NCBI RefSeq assembly: GCF_011045215.1 | Contig: NZ_CP049201.1 | Strand: one strand, 5' to 3' | DNA: 64,000 bases | Source: Escherichia coli | GTDB taxonomy: Bacteria > Pseudomonadota > Gammaproteobacteria > Enterobacterales > Enterobacteriaceae | Part shown: positions 38,932-50,047 of the stretch, one piece after another | How positions within the stretch are numbered: the first letter of the stretch is position 1 | How the letters are laid out: each line of letters starts with the position of its first letter | The notes under the pieces: model-generated | Database searches by the model: none | Seen by the model: only the letters and a program-made list of their open reading frames with translations | What the model was told of the DNA's origin: nothing | Position numbers and translations under genes: made by a program

Positions 38932-40590
38932 GTGTTGACCCCGTTGACGGCCTTCGCGGGAGTGCGGTTGCGCTGGCCTGCCATGATGCGACTCACTTGC
39001 ATCGGCATTCTGGCACAGTTCGCGCTCCTGCTGCTCGCCTTTGGCGTACTGACGTATTGTTTTCTCATCAGCGATTTCTCGGTCATTTATGTCGCCCAAC
39101 ATAGCTACAGCCTGCTGTCGTGGGAACTCAAACTGGCGGCGGTATGGGGTGGTCATGAAGGTTCGCTGCTGCTTTGGGTTCTGCTGCTTTCCGCCTGGAG
39201 CGCGCTGTTTGCCTGGCATTATCGGCAGCAAACCGATCCGCTATTTCCGCTGACGTTAGCCGTTTTATCTCTCATGCTCGCCGCACTGCTACTGTTTGTA
39301 GTGCTGTGGTCCGATCCCTTCGTGCGGATATTTCCACCAGCAATCGAAGGCCGCGATCTCAATCCGATGCTGCAACATCCCGGTCTTATCTTTCATCCAC
39401 CGCTGCTTTACCTTGGCTATGGCGGTTTGATGGTAGCGGCGAGCGTGGCGCTGGCGAGTCTACTGCGCGGCGAGTTTGATGGTGCCTGCGCCCGAATTTG
39501 CTGGCGCTGGGCGTTACCTGGCTGGAGTGCATTAACTGCGGGGATCATCCTCGGTTCCTGGTGGGCCTATTGCGAACTGGGCTGGGGCGGCTGGTGGTTC
39601 TGGGATCCGGTGGAAAACGCCTCTTTACTACCCTGGCTTTCTGCCACTGCGTTGCTGCACAGTTTATCCCTGACACGCCAGCGGGGGATTTTTCGCCACT
39701 GGTCGCTGTTACTGGCGATAGTTACTCTGATGCTGTCGCTGCTGGGCACCTTAATTGTCCGTTCTGGCATTCTGGTTTCGGTTCATGCGTTCGCGCTGGA
39801 TAACGTCCGCGCCGTGCCGTTGTTCAGTCTGTTTGTACTGATTAGCCTTGCGTCTCTGGCTCTGTATGGCTGGCGAGCGCGGGACGGTGGCCCGGCGGTG
39901 CGTTTTTCGGGGTTATCGCGGGAAATGTTAATCCTCGCTACGCTGTTGCTGTTTTGCGCAGTGCTACTGATCGTGCTGGTGGGAACGCTTTATCCGATGA
40001 TTTACGGCTTGCTGGGCTGGGGACGCCTCTCCGTTGGCGCACCGTATTTTAACCGCGCGACGTTACCGTTTGGTCTGTTGATGTTGGTGGTGATTGTGCT
40101 GGCGACGTTTGTCTCTGGCAAACGCGCGCAGCTTCCGGCGCTGCTGGCGCATGCGGGCATGCTGTTATTTGCCGCGGGGATCGTGGTCTCCAGCGTCAGC
40201 CGTCAGGAGATCAGCCTGAATTTACAGCCGGGCCAGCAGGTGATGCTGGCAGGATACACCTTCCGTTTTGAGCGCCTCGATCTACAAGCCAAAGGCAATT
40301 ACACCAGCGAAAAAGCGATAGTGGCGCTGTTTGACCATCAGCAACGCATTGGTGAATTAACGCCGGAGCGGCGTTTTTACGAAGCACGTCGTCAGCAAAT
40401 GATGGAACCGTCAATTCGCTGGAACGGCATCCATGACTGGTATGCGGTCATGGGTGAAAAAACCGGAGCGGATCGTTACGCTTTTCGTTTGTATGTACAA
40501 AGCGGTGTGCGCTGGATCTGGGGGGGAGGATTGTTGATGATTGCGGGCGCATTGTTAAGCGGATGGCGGGGGAAGAAGCGCGATGTATAA
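38932..40590 (+). CDS. nrfE: haem lyase (CcmF-like) for NrfA
   Basis: Track ORF starts at TTG 38908; probable GTG start at 38932 gives 552 aa; CcmF-like W-rich motif (WGGWWFWDPVEN). Confidence 0.88.
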   Translation: MLTPLTAFAGVRLRWPAMMRLTCIGILAQFALLLLAFGVLTYCFLISDFSVIYVAQHSYSLLSWELKLAAVWGGHEGSLLLWVLLLSAWSALFAWHYRQQTDPLFPLTLAVLSLMLAALLLFVVLWSDPFVRIFPPAIEGRDLNPMLQHPGLIFHPPLLYLGYGGLMVAASVALASLLRGEFDGACARICWRWALPGWSALTAGIILGSWWAYCELGWGGWWFWDPVENASLLPWLSATALLHSLSLTRQRGIFRHWSLLLAIVTLMLSLLGTLIVRSGILVSVHAFALDNVRAVPLFSLFVLISLASLALYGWRARDGGPAVRFSGLSREMLILATLLLFCAVLLIVLVGTLYPMIYGLLGWGRLSVGAPYFNRATLPFGLLMLVVIVLATFVSGKRAQLPALLAHAGMLLFAAGIVVSSVSRQEISLNLQPGQQVMLAGYTFRFERLDLQAKGNYTSEKAIVALFDHQQRIGELTPERRFYEARRQQMMEPSIRWNGIHDWYAVMGEKTGADRYAFRLYVQSGVRWIWGGGLLMIAGALLSGWRGKKRDV

Positions 40591-40966
40591 AGGGCTTCTC
40601 ACGCTACTGCTGTTATTTACCTGTTTTGCGCGCGCTCAGGTTGTAGACACCTGGCAATTCGCCAATCCGCAACAACAGCAACAGGCGTTAAATATTGCCA
40701 GCCAGTTACGTTGTCCGCAGTGCCAGAATCAAAACTTACTGGAATCCAACGCGCCGGTGGCAGTCAGTATGCGCCATCAGGTTTACAGCATGGTGGCGGA
40801 GGGGAAAAGTGAAGTCGAAATCATTGGCTGGATGACCGAACGCTACGGAGATTTTGTTCGCTATAACCCACCGTTAACGGGTCAGACGCTGGTGTTGTGG
40901 GCGCTGCCAGTGGTGTTGTTACTGCTGATGGCACTGATCCTCTGGCGAGTGAGGGCGAAGCGATGA
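40583..40966 (+). CDS. nrfF: CcmH-like thiol-disulfide protein
   Basis: 127-aa ORF with LRCPQC motif; overlaps nrfE stop. Confidence 0.92.
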   Translation: MYKGLLTLLLLFTCFARAQVVDTWQFANPQQQQQALNIASQLRCPQCQNQNLLESNAPVAVSMRHQVYSMVAEGKSEVEIIGWMTERYGDFVRYNPPLTGQTLVLWALPVVLLLLMALILWRVRAKR

Positions 40967-41559
40967 AACAGCCTCAAATACCGGTGAAAATGCTGACAAC
41001 ACTCACGATATTGATGGTATTCCTCTGTGTCGGCAGTTATCTGTTAAGCCCAAAATGGCAGGCGGTACGTGCGGAGTATCAGCGCCAGCGCGATCCGCTA
41101 CATCAGTTTGCCAGCCAGCAAACCCCGGAAGCGCAGCTTCAGGCATTGCAGGATAAAATCCGCGCGAATCCACAAAACAGCGAACAGTGGGCGTTACTGG
41201 GCGAGTACTATCTGTGGCAAAACGATTACAGCAATTCGCTGCTGGCGTACCGTCAGGCGTTGCAACTACGTGGTGAGAACGCTGAACTGTATGCGGCGCT
41301 GGCGACGGTGCTTTATTACCAGGCCAGCCAGCATATGACCGCCCAGACTCGCGCAATGATCGACAAAGCCCTCGCGCTGGACTCTAACGAAATCACCGCT
41401 CTGATGCTGCTGGCTTCCGATGCGTTTATGCAGGCGAATTACGCGCAAGCCATCGAACTATGGCAAAAAGTGATGGATCTCAACTCACCCCGGATCAACC
41501 GGACACAGCTGGTCGAGTCGATTAATATGGCGAAATTGTTGCAGCGGAGATCGGATTAA
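40963..41559 (+). CDS. nrfG: TPR-repeat haem lyase accessory protein
   Basis: 198-aa ORF from [13 protein letters not shown] overlapping nrfF stop (ATGA); TPR-like repeats. Confidence 0.9.
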   Translation: MKQPQIPVKMLTTLTILMVFLCVGSYLLSPKWQAVRAEYQRQRDPLHQFASQQTPEAQLQALQDKIRANPQNSEQWALLGEYYLWQNDYSNSLLAYRQALQLRGENAELYAALATVLYYQASQHMTAQTRAMIDKALALDSNEITALMLLASDAFMQANYAQAIELWQKVMDLNSPRINRTQLVESINMAKLLQRRSD

Positions 41560-41900
41560 TCATCTGGTGATGAAGATTATGTTATTGAGCTGCATAAAAA
41601 ATAATCGAATGAACATATGCCAAAAATAATCACCAATCAGTATTATTGCAGATTAAACAAATAAAAATCTTTCCATAACAAATGGTTATTCATTAATCCT
41701 GCCATAAACTCGCGTTATTATGCATTAATGCAGCGAAAAGCTCTGTTGTTAAAGGGTTGCGCAACATACCGCGCAAATGATACTGATCATAAGCGTTAAA
41801 AAAATCTACAAACCAACGCAACACAATTCATGCCCTGGCAGTATGTCACGTTCTCGCGTTTCTGAACGGGGAACGGCGCTCCATTGAGGAAGTTATTCTG

Positions 41901-43214
41901 ATGAAAAATATAAAATTCAGCCTGGCCTGGCAGATTCTGTTTGCTATGGTGCTGGGCATTCTCCTGGGAAGCTACCTGCACTACCATAGCGACAGCCGCG
42001 ACTGGCTGGTCGTCAATTTGCTCTCTCCGGCGGGTGATATCTTCATCCATCTGATCAAAATGATTGTTGTGCCGATTGTGATCTCCACGCTGGTGGTGGG
42101 TATCGCGGGTGTTGGTGATGCCAAACAGCTCGGGCGTATTGGCGCGAAAACCATTATCTACTTCGAGGTGATCACCACCGTCGCCATCATTTTGGGGATC
42201 ACTCTGGCGAACGTCTTCCAGCCCGGTGCCGGGGTGGATATGTCGCAGCTGGCGACCGTCGATATCTCGAAATATCAGAGCACTACGGAAGCGGTACAAA
42301 GCAGTTCCCACGGCATTATGGGCACGATTTTGTCGCTGGTGCCGACGAACATTGTGGCGTCGATGGCGAAAGGCGAAATGCTGCCGATCATCTTCTTCTC
42401 GGTGCTGTTTGGTCTGGGGCTTTCCTCCCTGCCCGCGACGCATCGTGAACCGCTGGTGACCGTGTTCCGCTCCATCTCTGAAACCATGTTTAAAGTGACT
42501 CACATGGTGATGCGTTATGCGCCGGTGGGTGTGTTTGCGCTGATTGCGGTGACGGTGGCTAACTTTGGTTTCTCTTCTCTGTGGCCACTGGCGAAACTGG
42601 TGCTGCTGGTGCATTTCGCCATTCTGTTCTTCGCGCTGGTAGTGCTGGGAATTGTGGCGCGCCTGTGCGGGTTAAGCGTCTGGATCCTGATTCGTATTCT
42701 GAAAGATGAGCTGATTCTGGCGTACTCCACTGCCAGCTCTGAAAGCGTACTGCCGCGAATTATTGAGAAGATGGAAGCCTACGGAGCACCGGCGTCGATC
42801 ACCAGCTTCGTGGTGCCGACCGGTTACTCTTTTAACCTTGATGGTTCGACGCTGTATCAAAGTATTGCCGCTATTTTCATCGCTCAGCTGTATGGCATTG
42901 ACCTGTCCATCTGGCAGGAAATCATTCTGGTGCTGACGCTGATGGTGACCTCGAAAGGGATTGCTGGCGTGCCGGGCGTGTCGTTTGTGGTGTTGCTGGC
43001 AACGCTGGGTAGCGTAGGTATTCCGCTGGAAGGTCTGGCGTTTATTGCTGGTGTTGACCGTATCCTCGACATGGCGCGTACTGCGCTGAACGTGGTGGGT
43101 AATGCGCTGGCGGTGCTGGTGATTGCCAAGTGGGAACACAAATTTGACCGCAAAAAGGCGCTGGCTTATGAGCGTGAAGTGCTGGGCAAATTTGATAAAA
43201 CTGCGGATCAATAA
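41901..43214 (+). CDS. gltP: glutamate/aspartate:proton symporter
   Basis: 437-aa ORF of the dicarboxylate/amino acid:cation symporter family. Confidence 0.95.
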   Translation: MKNIKFSLAWQILFAMVLGILLGSYLHYHSDSRDWLVVNLLSPAGDIFIHLIKMIVVPIVISTLVVGIAGVGDAKQLGRIGAKTIIYFEVITTVAIILGITLANVFQPGAGVDMSQLATVDISKYQSTTEAVQSSSHGIMGTILSLVPTNIVASMAKGEMLPIIFFSVLFGLGLSSLPATHREPLVTVFRSISETMFKVTHMVMRYAPVGVFALIAVTVANFGFSSLWPLAKLVLLVHFAILFFALVVLGIVARLCGLSVWILIRILKDELILAYSTASSESVLPRIIEKMEAYGAPASITSFVVPTGYSFNLDGSTLYQSIAAIFIAQLYGIDLSIWQEIILVLTLMVTSKGIAGVPGVSFVVLLATLGSVGIPLEGLAFIAGVDRILDMARTALNVVGNALAVLVIAKWEHKFDRKKALAYEREVLGKFDKTADQ

Positions 43215-43254
43215 TTGAAGATTGCCGGGGATATCCACCCGGCAATGTGTGAAT

Positions 43255-43404
43255 GCCTGATGCGACGCTGGTGCGTCTTATCAGGCCTACGTCAGACAGC
43301 GCAATAGCCTGATTTAGCGTGATTTTGTAGGTCGGATAAGGCGTTTACGCCGCATCCGACATCAACGCCTGCTGCGACGCTTAACGCGTCTTATCAGGCC
43401 TATC
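43255..43404. repeat. REP/BIME cluster between gltP and yjcO
   Basis: at least four REP-like palindromic units in alternating orientation. Confidence 0.7.
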
Positions 43405-44094
43405 TTAACCGTTGGTTAATTTTTCAAACTCTTCACACCCGGTATCAAACCCTTCCATACAGCTCAGGTTCAACCAGTGCAGCGCCTTTTGCTTGTTCTT
43501 CTCGATAAAACCTTCTTCACCGTTTAAGAACATCATTCCCGCCCAGTACTCGGAATAACCGGTTCGGGAAATTGCAGAGCTGCGTTTGAAATACCAGGTT
43601 GCCTTGTCATCGTCGGCCTTAATGCCCACGCCGTTGGCGTAAATCAAACCAAGCAGCATTTGGGCATCGACGGCAGAGTCGTTCTCCAGATCTTCCGAGG
43701 CGTTTTCTAACAGCGAAATCGCCTTTGGATAATCCGGTTTGCCCGCTTGAGTATTTACCAGAATATGCGCCAGCGTTACTTCACCTTCTTTACTGCCCGC
43801 TTGCGCCGCTTTCTCTGCAAGAACTTTTGCTTGTGGATAGTCCAGACTGACCGGATTGGTGATTTTGATCTGCGCCAACAGCGCGCAGGCATCAGCATCA
43901 CCGCTGTCGGCGGCTTTCTGTGCCCAATATTCGGCTTTGCTCAAATCGCCGGAGCTAAACCAGCTGTCGGCAAGAAAATATTGTGCGCGTCGGTCCCCGG
44001 CCTCTGCTGCCTTTAAATACTGGCTGCCAGGCTCGGAGTCGTTGGCGTGGGCAAAGAATGTCAAAAACAACATCAATGCGATAATTTTTTTCAT
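43405..44094 (-). CDS. yjcO: Sel1-repeat protein (secreted)
   Basis: 229-aa ORF with signal peptide and Sel1/TPR-like repeats. Confidence 0.88.
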   Translation of the reverse strand: MKKIIALMLFLTFFAHANDSEPGSQYLKAAEAGDRRAQYFLADSWFSSGDLSKAEYWAQKAADSGDADACALLAQIKITNPVSLDYPQAKVLAEKAAQAGSKEGEVTLAHILVNTQAGKPDYPKAISLLENASEDLENDSAVDAQMLLGLIYANGVGIKADDDKATWYFKRSSAISRTGYSEYWAGMMFLNGEEGFIEKNKQKALHWLNLSCMEGFDTGCEEFEKLTNG

Positions 44095-44146
44095 TTTGAT
44101 AATACGATTGGGTAGGGAGTAACCAGTATAAAGAGTTCGAATGGAT

Positions 44147-44173
44147 AAAAAAACAGCCTCCGAAAGGAGGCTG
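44147..44173 (-). terminator. rho-independent terminator of fdhF
   Basis: hairpin cagcctccgaaaggaggctg followed on the minus strand by 7 T. Confidence 0.7.
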
Positions 44174-44187
44174 TAGAAAGGACTGTA

Positions 44188-46335
44188 TTACGCCAGTGCC
44201 GCTTCGCGCAGGCGAGTTTTCAACTTGTTGTACTCGTCAATCACGTACTGCTCGGCGGCACGCTGATCGGCGATCGGCTCGACGCGCACGGCGCAGTATT
44301 TGTATTCCGGCGTTTTCGTAATCGGGCTTAAGTTTTCGGTAACCAGCTCGTTACAGGCACCAATCCACCACTGGTAGGTCATGTAAATCGCCCCTTTGTT
44401 CGGACGATCGCTGACCTGCGCACGGGTGATAATTTTGCCTTTACGCGAGTGCACCCAAACCAATGCCTCATCTTCAATACCCAGACGTTTGGCGTCTTCG
44501 GTATTGATTTGTGCGTAGCCAGGTTCATCAGCCAGCGCCGCCAGTGCCGCACAGTTACCGGTCATCGAACGGCAAGAGTAGTGACCAACTTCACGCACCG
44601 TTGACAGTACCATCGGGTACTCGTCGGTGAGTTTGTCGATTGGCGCTACCCAGTCGCAGGTGAAGAACTGCGCCAGACCGTTCGGGGTATCAAACTTCTC
44701 TTTAAACAGATAAGAAGTCCCCTGATCGGCATCTGAAGTATCGCGGCAAGGCCACTGAATGAAGCCCAGTTCGCCCATTTTCTCGTAAGTCGCACCGTAG
44801 AAATCCGGGCACAGATGACGCAACTCATCCCAGATCTCCTGGGTGTTGTTGTAGTGCATCGGATAACCCATACGGGTGGCGATTTCACTGATGATTTGCC
44901 AGTCCGTTTTCAGATCCCATTTCGGTTCAACCGCCTTGAAGAAACGCTGGAAGCCACGGTCAGCCGCAGTAAACACGCCTTCATGCTCGCCCCACGACGT
45001 TGACGGTAAAATAACATCCGCCGCCGACGCGGTTTTGGTCATAAAGATGTCCTGAACGATGACCAGTTCCAGATCTTCAAAGGCTTTACGTACTGCCGAC
45101 AGCTCCGCGTCAGTTTGTAGCGGATCTTCGCCCATAATGTACGCGGCACGCACTTCGCCATGCGCTGCGCGGTGCGGCAGCTCGCTGATGCGATAACCGG
45201 TATGAGCAGGCAGGCTTTCCACGCCCCAGGCTTTGGCGAATTTCTCGCGGTTAGCCGGATCTTTCACGTACTGGTATCCCGGATACGTATCCGGCAGCGC
45301 GCCCATATCGCAGGCACCCTGCACGTTGTTCTGACCACGAACCGGGTTTACACCCGCATGCGGCTTACCGAGGTTACCGGTCAGCATCGCGAGGCTGGTC
45401 AGAGAACGCACGGTTTCCACGCCCTGGTAGAACTGGGTTACACCCATGCCCCACAGGATGGCGGCGCTTTTCGCCTGGGCATACATCCGTGCCGCCTGAC
45501 GAATCTCACTGGCGCTGACGCCGGTGATATCTTCAACCGACTCCGGCGTGTAGCCTTCAACGATTTTACGATACTCTTCAAAGCCTTCTGTACGGGAAGC
45601 GACGAACGCTTTGTCGTACAGATTTTCTTCAATAATGACATGGCCCATCGCATTCAACAGCGCGATGTTCGAGCCGTTTTTCAGTGCAATGTGCATGTCA
45701 GCAATGCGCGCGGTTTCAATTTTGCGCGGATCGCAGACGATAATTTTCGCCCCGTTACGTTTAGCGTTAATTACGTGATTCGCCACGATTGGGTGGGAAT
45801 CCGCCGGGTTGTACCCGAAAACGAACACTAAATCGGTATTATCAATTTCGTTAATAGCATTGCTCATTGCGCCATTACCGACCGATTGGTGCAGACCTGC
45901 AACCGATGGGCCGTGTCAGACACGAGCGCAGCAGTCAACGTTATTGGTACCAATAACGGCGCGCGCAAATTTTTGCATTACATAGTTGGTTTCGTTACCC
46001 GTACCACGCGAGGAGCCGGTCGTCTGGATGGCATCCGGACCGTACTTCTCTTTGATGGCGCTCAGGCGCTCGGCAACGTAATTCAGTGCCTCATCCCAGG
46101 AAACAGGTTCGAGTTTGCCGCCACGCTGGCGACGGATCATGGGGGTTTTCAGGCGCGGGGTCAGGATCTGGGTATCGTTAATGAAATCCCAGCCATAATA
46201 ACCCTTCAGACACAGGGTACCCTGGTTGGTTTTCCCCTGCGCTGCCTCCGCCCGGACGATTTTGCCGTTATCGACGACCAGGTTGATTTTGCAACCTGAT
46301 GCGCAATAGGGGCAAACCGTGACGACTTTTTTCAT
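44188..46335 (-). CDS. fdhF: formate dehydrogenase H (selenocysteine-containing, molybdopterin)
   Basis: Two track ORFs (45916..46335 and 44188..45867) are one 715-codon frame interrupted only by an in-frame TGA at 45916-45918; flanking translation ...DCCARV-U-HGPSVAG... matches the FdhF Sec140 context. Confidence 0.95.
45870..45915 (-). other. SECIS stem-loop directing Sec insertion at the fdhF UGA
   Basis: the ~40 nt immediately 3' of the UGA on the mRNA (CACGGCCCATCGGTTGCAGGTCTGCACCAATCGGTCGG) is where bacterial SECIS elements lie. Confidence 0.75.
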
Positions 46336-46384
46336 CGGTCTCGCTCCAGTTAATCAAATCACGCATACGCGCTCTCGACTACAG

Positions 46385-46403
46385 TATGCATCTTTTATGC
46401 CAC
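46385..46403 (-). promoter_or_regulatory. sigma54 (-24/-12) promoter of fdhF
   Basis: minus-strand TGGCATAAAAGATGCAT (GG-N10-GC) ~50 bp upstream of fdhF ATG. Confidence 0.6.
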
Positions 46404-46532
46404 ATTTTATTTGGGGTCATTCCCTGATATTACGGGCACTATTTATTCAAAACTCTGACGAAAAACAGGCTGTCGTCAGTTTTGACGTGACGAAACGAAA
46501 TACCGCGTGACAGCCATCACGCGGCAGACATT

Positions 46533-47999
46533 TTATTTTTTCTCGACGACGGGAGCCGCCTGATACCCGCCGCCCAGCGATTTCATCAACTGAATGCTTT
46601 GGATCACCCGGCGGCTGTCCAGCATCAGTAATGACATCTCTTCGGCAAGTACTGGCAACCGGGCTTCAGTGGCCTGTAAGCGGCTGGTTAAGCCGCGCTG
46701 ATAGGCGGCCTCGGCAGCGCGCTGGGTGAAGCGCGTTGCTTCCACGCGTTCAGCCTGCATCTCTCGCTCGTCGTTGAGCGTTTGCAGACGCGTGCCGTTG
46801 ACGGCAACGTCGCGCACCGCGTTCAGTACTGACTGGTTGTAACGTTCAATCATCATGTTGCTGGCGGCGCGAGTGCCTTCGAGATTGGCATTCAACCGTC
46901 CACCGTCAAACAGCGGCAATTTCAGACCCGGGATGAAGTTGAACTGGCGACTGGTTTTTTTGAATAAGGTATCCAGGTGGATGGCATCAAGGCCGAAAAA
47001 CGCTTTGATATCAAAGCTCGGGTAGAACAACGCCCGCGCGGAATCCACCTGATCTAATGACGCCTGAACATACCAGCGCATGGCTTGCAGATCCGGGCGT
47101 CTGGCGAGCAACTCATAAGAGAGCGTCGCCGGAATGCCGGTCTGTACTTGCGGTAATGCCACCGGTTTGATCTCCGGCATATCGCTGGCTCCCGCGCCAA
47201 TCAATGCACGCAGAGATTCTCGCGTTTCGGTGATTTGCCCTTTAACGGCAGCAATTTGTTTATCGACCGCCAGAATCTGTGCCCGCGCGCCGTGGAAAGG
47301 CACTTGCGCTTCCAGACCGTGCGCCACTTTACTTTGGTGCGCTTTCACCGCGTAATCAATCACATCGCGAGTTTGTTCTAACAGATCGAGCATCTGATAG
47401 CTGGCCTGCATACTGTAATAAAGCTGCGCTACGCCCGTGGTCAGCGATAGCTCTACTGCTGCGGTTTCTGCCAGCGCGGCATTATGCGCGCCAATGGCGG
47501 CGGCAACCGCTGAGCGATGCACACCCCACAAATCAAGATCCAGTCCGGCAAACAAACCTACTGTGGCTTCCGTATAGTACGGCCCGTCCATACCCAGTGC
47601 TGGCGCATCCATCGCATAAGGGCTTAAAAAGCCGTTCGCCGAGACGCGTTGGCGGTTGAGCATCCCTAACGCTGCGACCTGTAATTGTGAACCGGCATCT
47701 AACAAATCGGCCTGGGACTGCGCTTTTTCTTCCCGCAGTTTCGCTTCGGCGATGGTGTGTGAACCACTTAGCGTCCGTTGGATCAGCGCATCCAGCTGCG
47801 GGTCATTGAGTTGTTTCCACCACTGCGCCTGCGGCCAGCCGGAGCTGGCAAGATGAATATCATCGGCCAGTTTGATTTGTTCCGGTTTGAGCTGTTGATG
47901 AGGCGCAGAATCCTTGCGTACCAGGGCACAGCCGGAAATCAGCGTCGTGCTGCCGAGAATGCTGCACAACAGCAGACGTGAAAGTTGACGATTGATCAT
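46533..47999 (-). CDS. mdtP: outer membrane factor lipoprotein of an efflux pump
   Basis: 488-aa ORF with lipoprotein signal (LISGC) and OMF-family features. Confidence 0.93.
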   Translation of the reverse strand: MINRQLSRLLLCSILGSTTLISGCALVRKDSAPHQQLKPEQIKLADDIHLASSGWPQAQWWKQLNDPQLDALIQRTLSGSHTIAEAKLREEKAQSQADLLDAGSQLQVAALGMLNRQRVSANGFLSPYAMDAPALGMDGPYYTEATVGLFAGLDLDLWGVHRSAVAAAIGAHNAALAETAAVELSLTTGVAQLYYSMQASYQMLDLLEQTRDVIDYAVKAHQSKVAHGLEAQVPFHGARAQILAVDKQIAAVKGQITETRESLRALIGAGASDMPEIKPVALPQVQTGIPATLSYELLARRPDLQAMRWYVQASLDQVDSARALFYPSFDIKAFFGLDAIHLDTLFKKTSRQFNFIPGLKLPLFDGGRLNANLEGTRAASNMMIERYNQSVLNAVRDVAVNGTRLQTLNDEREMQAERVEATRFTQRAAEAAYQRGLTSRLQATEARLPVLAEEMSLLMLDSRRVIQSIQLMKSLGGGYQAAPVVEKK

Positions 48000-50047
48000 T
48001 GCGTGGCTCCTTGTGCCTGTTCCGTGGCGGGCGTTAATGCCGGGGCTGTCCAGTCTGGCAAGCGGGCGAAAAGCTGGCAGACGTGTTGCTCCTGTTTTAA
48101 TAAGGTGGGCAGGATGGCCTGCGAGGCGGGTGTCTCTTCAAGCGTTATTTGAGGAGTACGGCTGAGTGCGGTTGCCAGACCGGCAGCGTATTTCTCCAGG
48201 GCGTCGGCAAACTGACCTGCTCTGTCCGGCTGTAGTGCGTTATCCAGCGCCTGCGCCGAGTTCCAGGTGGCATCCCAGGCGTGAAGAAGATCGCGGCCCT
48301 GACGAATAACCGTTTGCGAACGTTCAATCAGTAAGGCGCGTTCTTCGCTGTCCAGTTGACGCTCCAGCGCCACGCGTTGGCACATCTCTTCACAGGCATT
48401 AAACGCCGCATGCAGACCGATACGAATTTGCAGATAAGTGCGCAGAGCCGTGACTTCCTGCTGCCGTGGGATCCGCATTACTTTACTTAACATACCCAGC
48501 GCGCCAGCCAGTTTTTGCGGCAGCGTGCGCGCTTCACTCTCAGGCCAGACAAAGGTGTAAATCACCGCGGACACCACGGTACCAATGATGATACCCAGGG
48601 CGCGATCGCGAATTTCCACCAGGTCGTACACCGGGCCAAAAACGTTTTCGAGCGTGGCGAGCGCGAAGGTGACCACCATCTGTGTGCCGATATAAGAAGA
48701 GCGTTCAGAGCTGGTGGCAATCCATGCGCCCAACAGGAAAATCGGTGCCAGCACAAACAGCAATTCGACAATATTGTCCAGCCAGGGCATGACCAGTAGC
48801 GTGAATAACAGCGCCAGAATCGCGCCGCAAAAGGCCCCGCCAAAACGCAGCACCATCTTCTGGTACGATGAACCGACATTCGGATTAGCGACGATCACGC
48901 AGGTCAGCATACAGGTGTGAATGCCTTCCCAGTCCACGCCGCTGTAGAAGGTGTAACAGATCAAACAGGCGAGCAGCGTTTTTACCGCGTAGCGCATATA
49001 GTCTGGATTGGTAAAAGCATCGGCGACCATTGATGGCGGTTTGGCGGCGGGCGTTGGCGGCGTATTCGGGTCCATCTGACCCAGTTGTAACAACGTCTGG
49101 CAGATATTCTCCAGGTTACATTCCCGTGCCGCCATCGCTTCACTTTCACTGATCCGCCAGTCGCTTTGCCAGCACTGACCTTCGGTAATGGCATGCTGCA
49201 GCTTGTTGATTTCTGAAGCTAATTTTTGTCGGAATTCAATAATTGCCTGAGAATCAGCAAAAGAGGTGGGATCGTAGCGATTCAGTGTCGAGTAAATGTA
49301 GGTTACCGTTGCCATGCAGCTTTGCCACCATGCGCTCTGGGTTCGCCAGTTGGCATCGTCCGCGAGGCAAAAGACATTGAGTTTTTGCAGCGCCAGCGCC
49401 TCTCTTTCAATCCGCGTTTCGGGTAGCGGTGCGAGGCTGTCCGTCAGGTGGCTAATGGCATCATCAAGCCGATCATTAAGCGCTTGATGCATTTGCGAAA
49501 TGGCACGACTGGGAAACCACAGTACGCCGATTAACGTCATTAATAACGTCGGGTAGAGGCCAACAACGATACACCACAGCGTTAAGCGCACGACCACTTC
49601 CGGATAGTCGAGCATGGCGGGGAAGGTTTGCCCATAAATGGCGACAATGGCGACAGCGAAAAAGACCAGTCCCAACCGATGGGTGCGCATCAAAAACATA
49701 CAGCCCATCAGGATCGGCCCGGCTATGATCAATCGGATCAACGGTTCGCCGTAGGACCATTTGTAGATCAAAAACAGGCTGCCGATCTCCAGCACCGTGG
49801 CAACCACAAACAAGATCGCCACAAATTTGGTGTAAAACGCGTTCGACTGAATACCGTAAAACAGCACTGCCAGCGATAACGCCACGAAAGGGATCTCAAA
49901 GGTCATCGAGATCAGAATCACCAGCAGGCAGCCTACCCAGAGTTGCACGGTCTGCGGCACGCGGCCTGGTCGCCGCTCGCTTAACTCTTCATGAAAGAAC
50001 GCCAGCAGCCTGACCAACGGTAATGGCAGGGAGTTGAGCGCGCTCAT
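47996..50047 (-). CDS. mdtO: putative efflux pump membrane subunit (FUSC/AaeB-like)
   Basis: 683-aa polytopic ORF overlapping mdtP start by 4 bp. Confidence 0.93.
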   Translation of the reverse strand: MSALNSLPLPLVRLLAFFHEELSERRPGRVPQTVQLWVGCLLVILISMTFEIPFVALSLAVLFYGIQSNAFYTKFVAILFVVATVLEIGSLFLIYKWSYGEPLIRLIIAGPILMGCMFLMRTHRLGLVFFAVAIVAIYGQTFPAMLDYPEVVVRLTLWCIVVGLYPTLLMTLIGVLWFPSRAISQMHQALNDRLDDAISHLTDSLAPLPETRIEREALALQKLNVFCLADDANWRTQSAWWQSCMATVTYIYSTLNRYDPTSFADSQAIIEFRQKLASEINKLQHAITEGQCWQSDWRISESEAMAARECNLENICQTLLQLGQMDPNTPPTPAAKPPSMVADAFTNPDYMRYAVKTLLACLICYTFYSGVDWEGIHTCMLTCVIVANPNVGSSYQKMVLRFGGAFCGAILALLFTLLVMPWLDNIVELLFVLAPIFLLGAWIATSSERSSYIGTQMVVTFALATLENVFGPVYDLVEIRDRALGIIIGTVVSAVIYTFVWPESEARTLPQKLAGALGMLSKVMRIPRQQEVTALRTYLQIRIGLHAAFNACEEMCQRVALERQLDSEERALLIERSQTVIRQGRDLLHAWDATWNSAQALDNALQPDRAGQFADALEKYAAGLATALSRTPQITLEETPASQAILPTLLKQEQHVCQLFARLPDWTAPALTPATEQAQGATQ

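Noticed and set aside
43221-43246. Hairpin attgccggggatatccacccggcaat after gltP as an intrinsic terminator
   Set aside because: Good stem but no following T-run on the plus strand; it may be part of the adjacent REP cluster, so it is not called as a terminator.
43255-43404. Possible CRISPR array suggested by repeated palindromes
   Set aside because: The repeats are REP/BIME units in alternating orientation with irregular spacing and no spacer architecture; no cas genes in the window.
44188-46335. fdhF as two separate genes or a pseudogene
   Set aside because: The two track ORFs are in one frame separated by a single TGA in the known selenocysteine context; recoding, not disruption.
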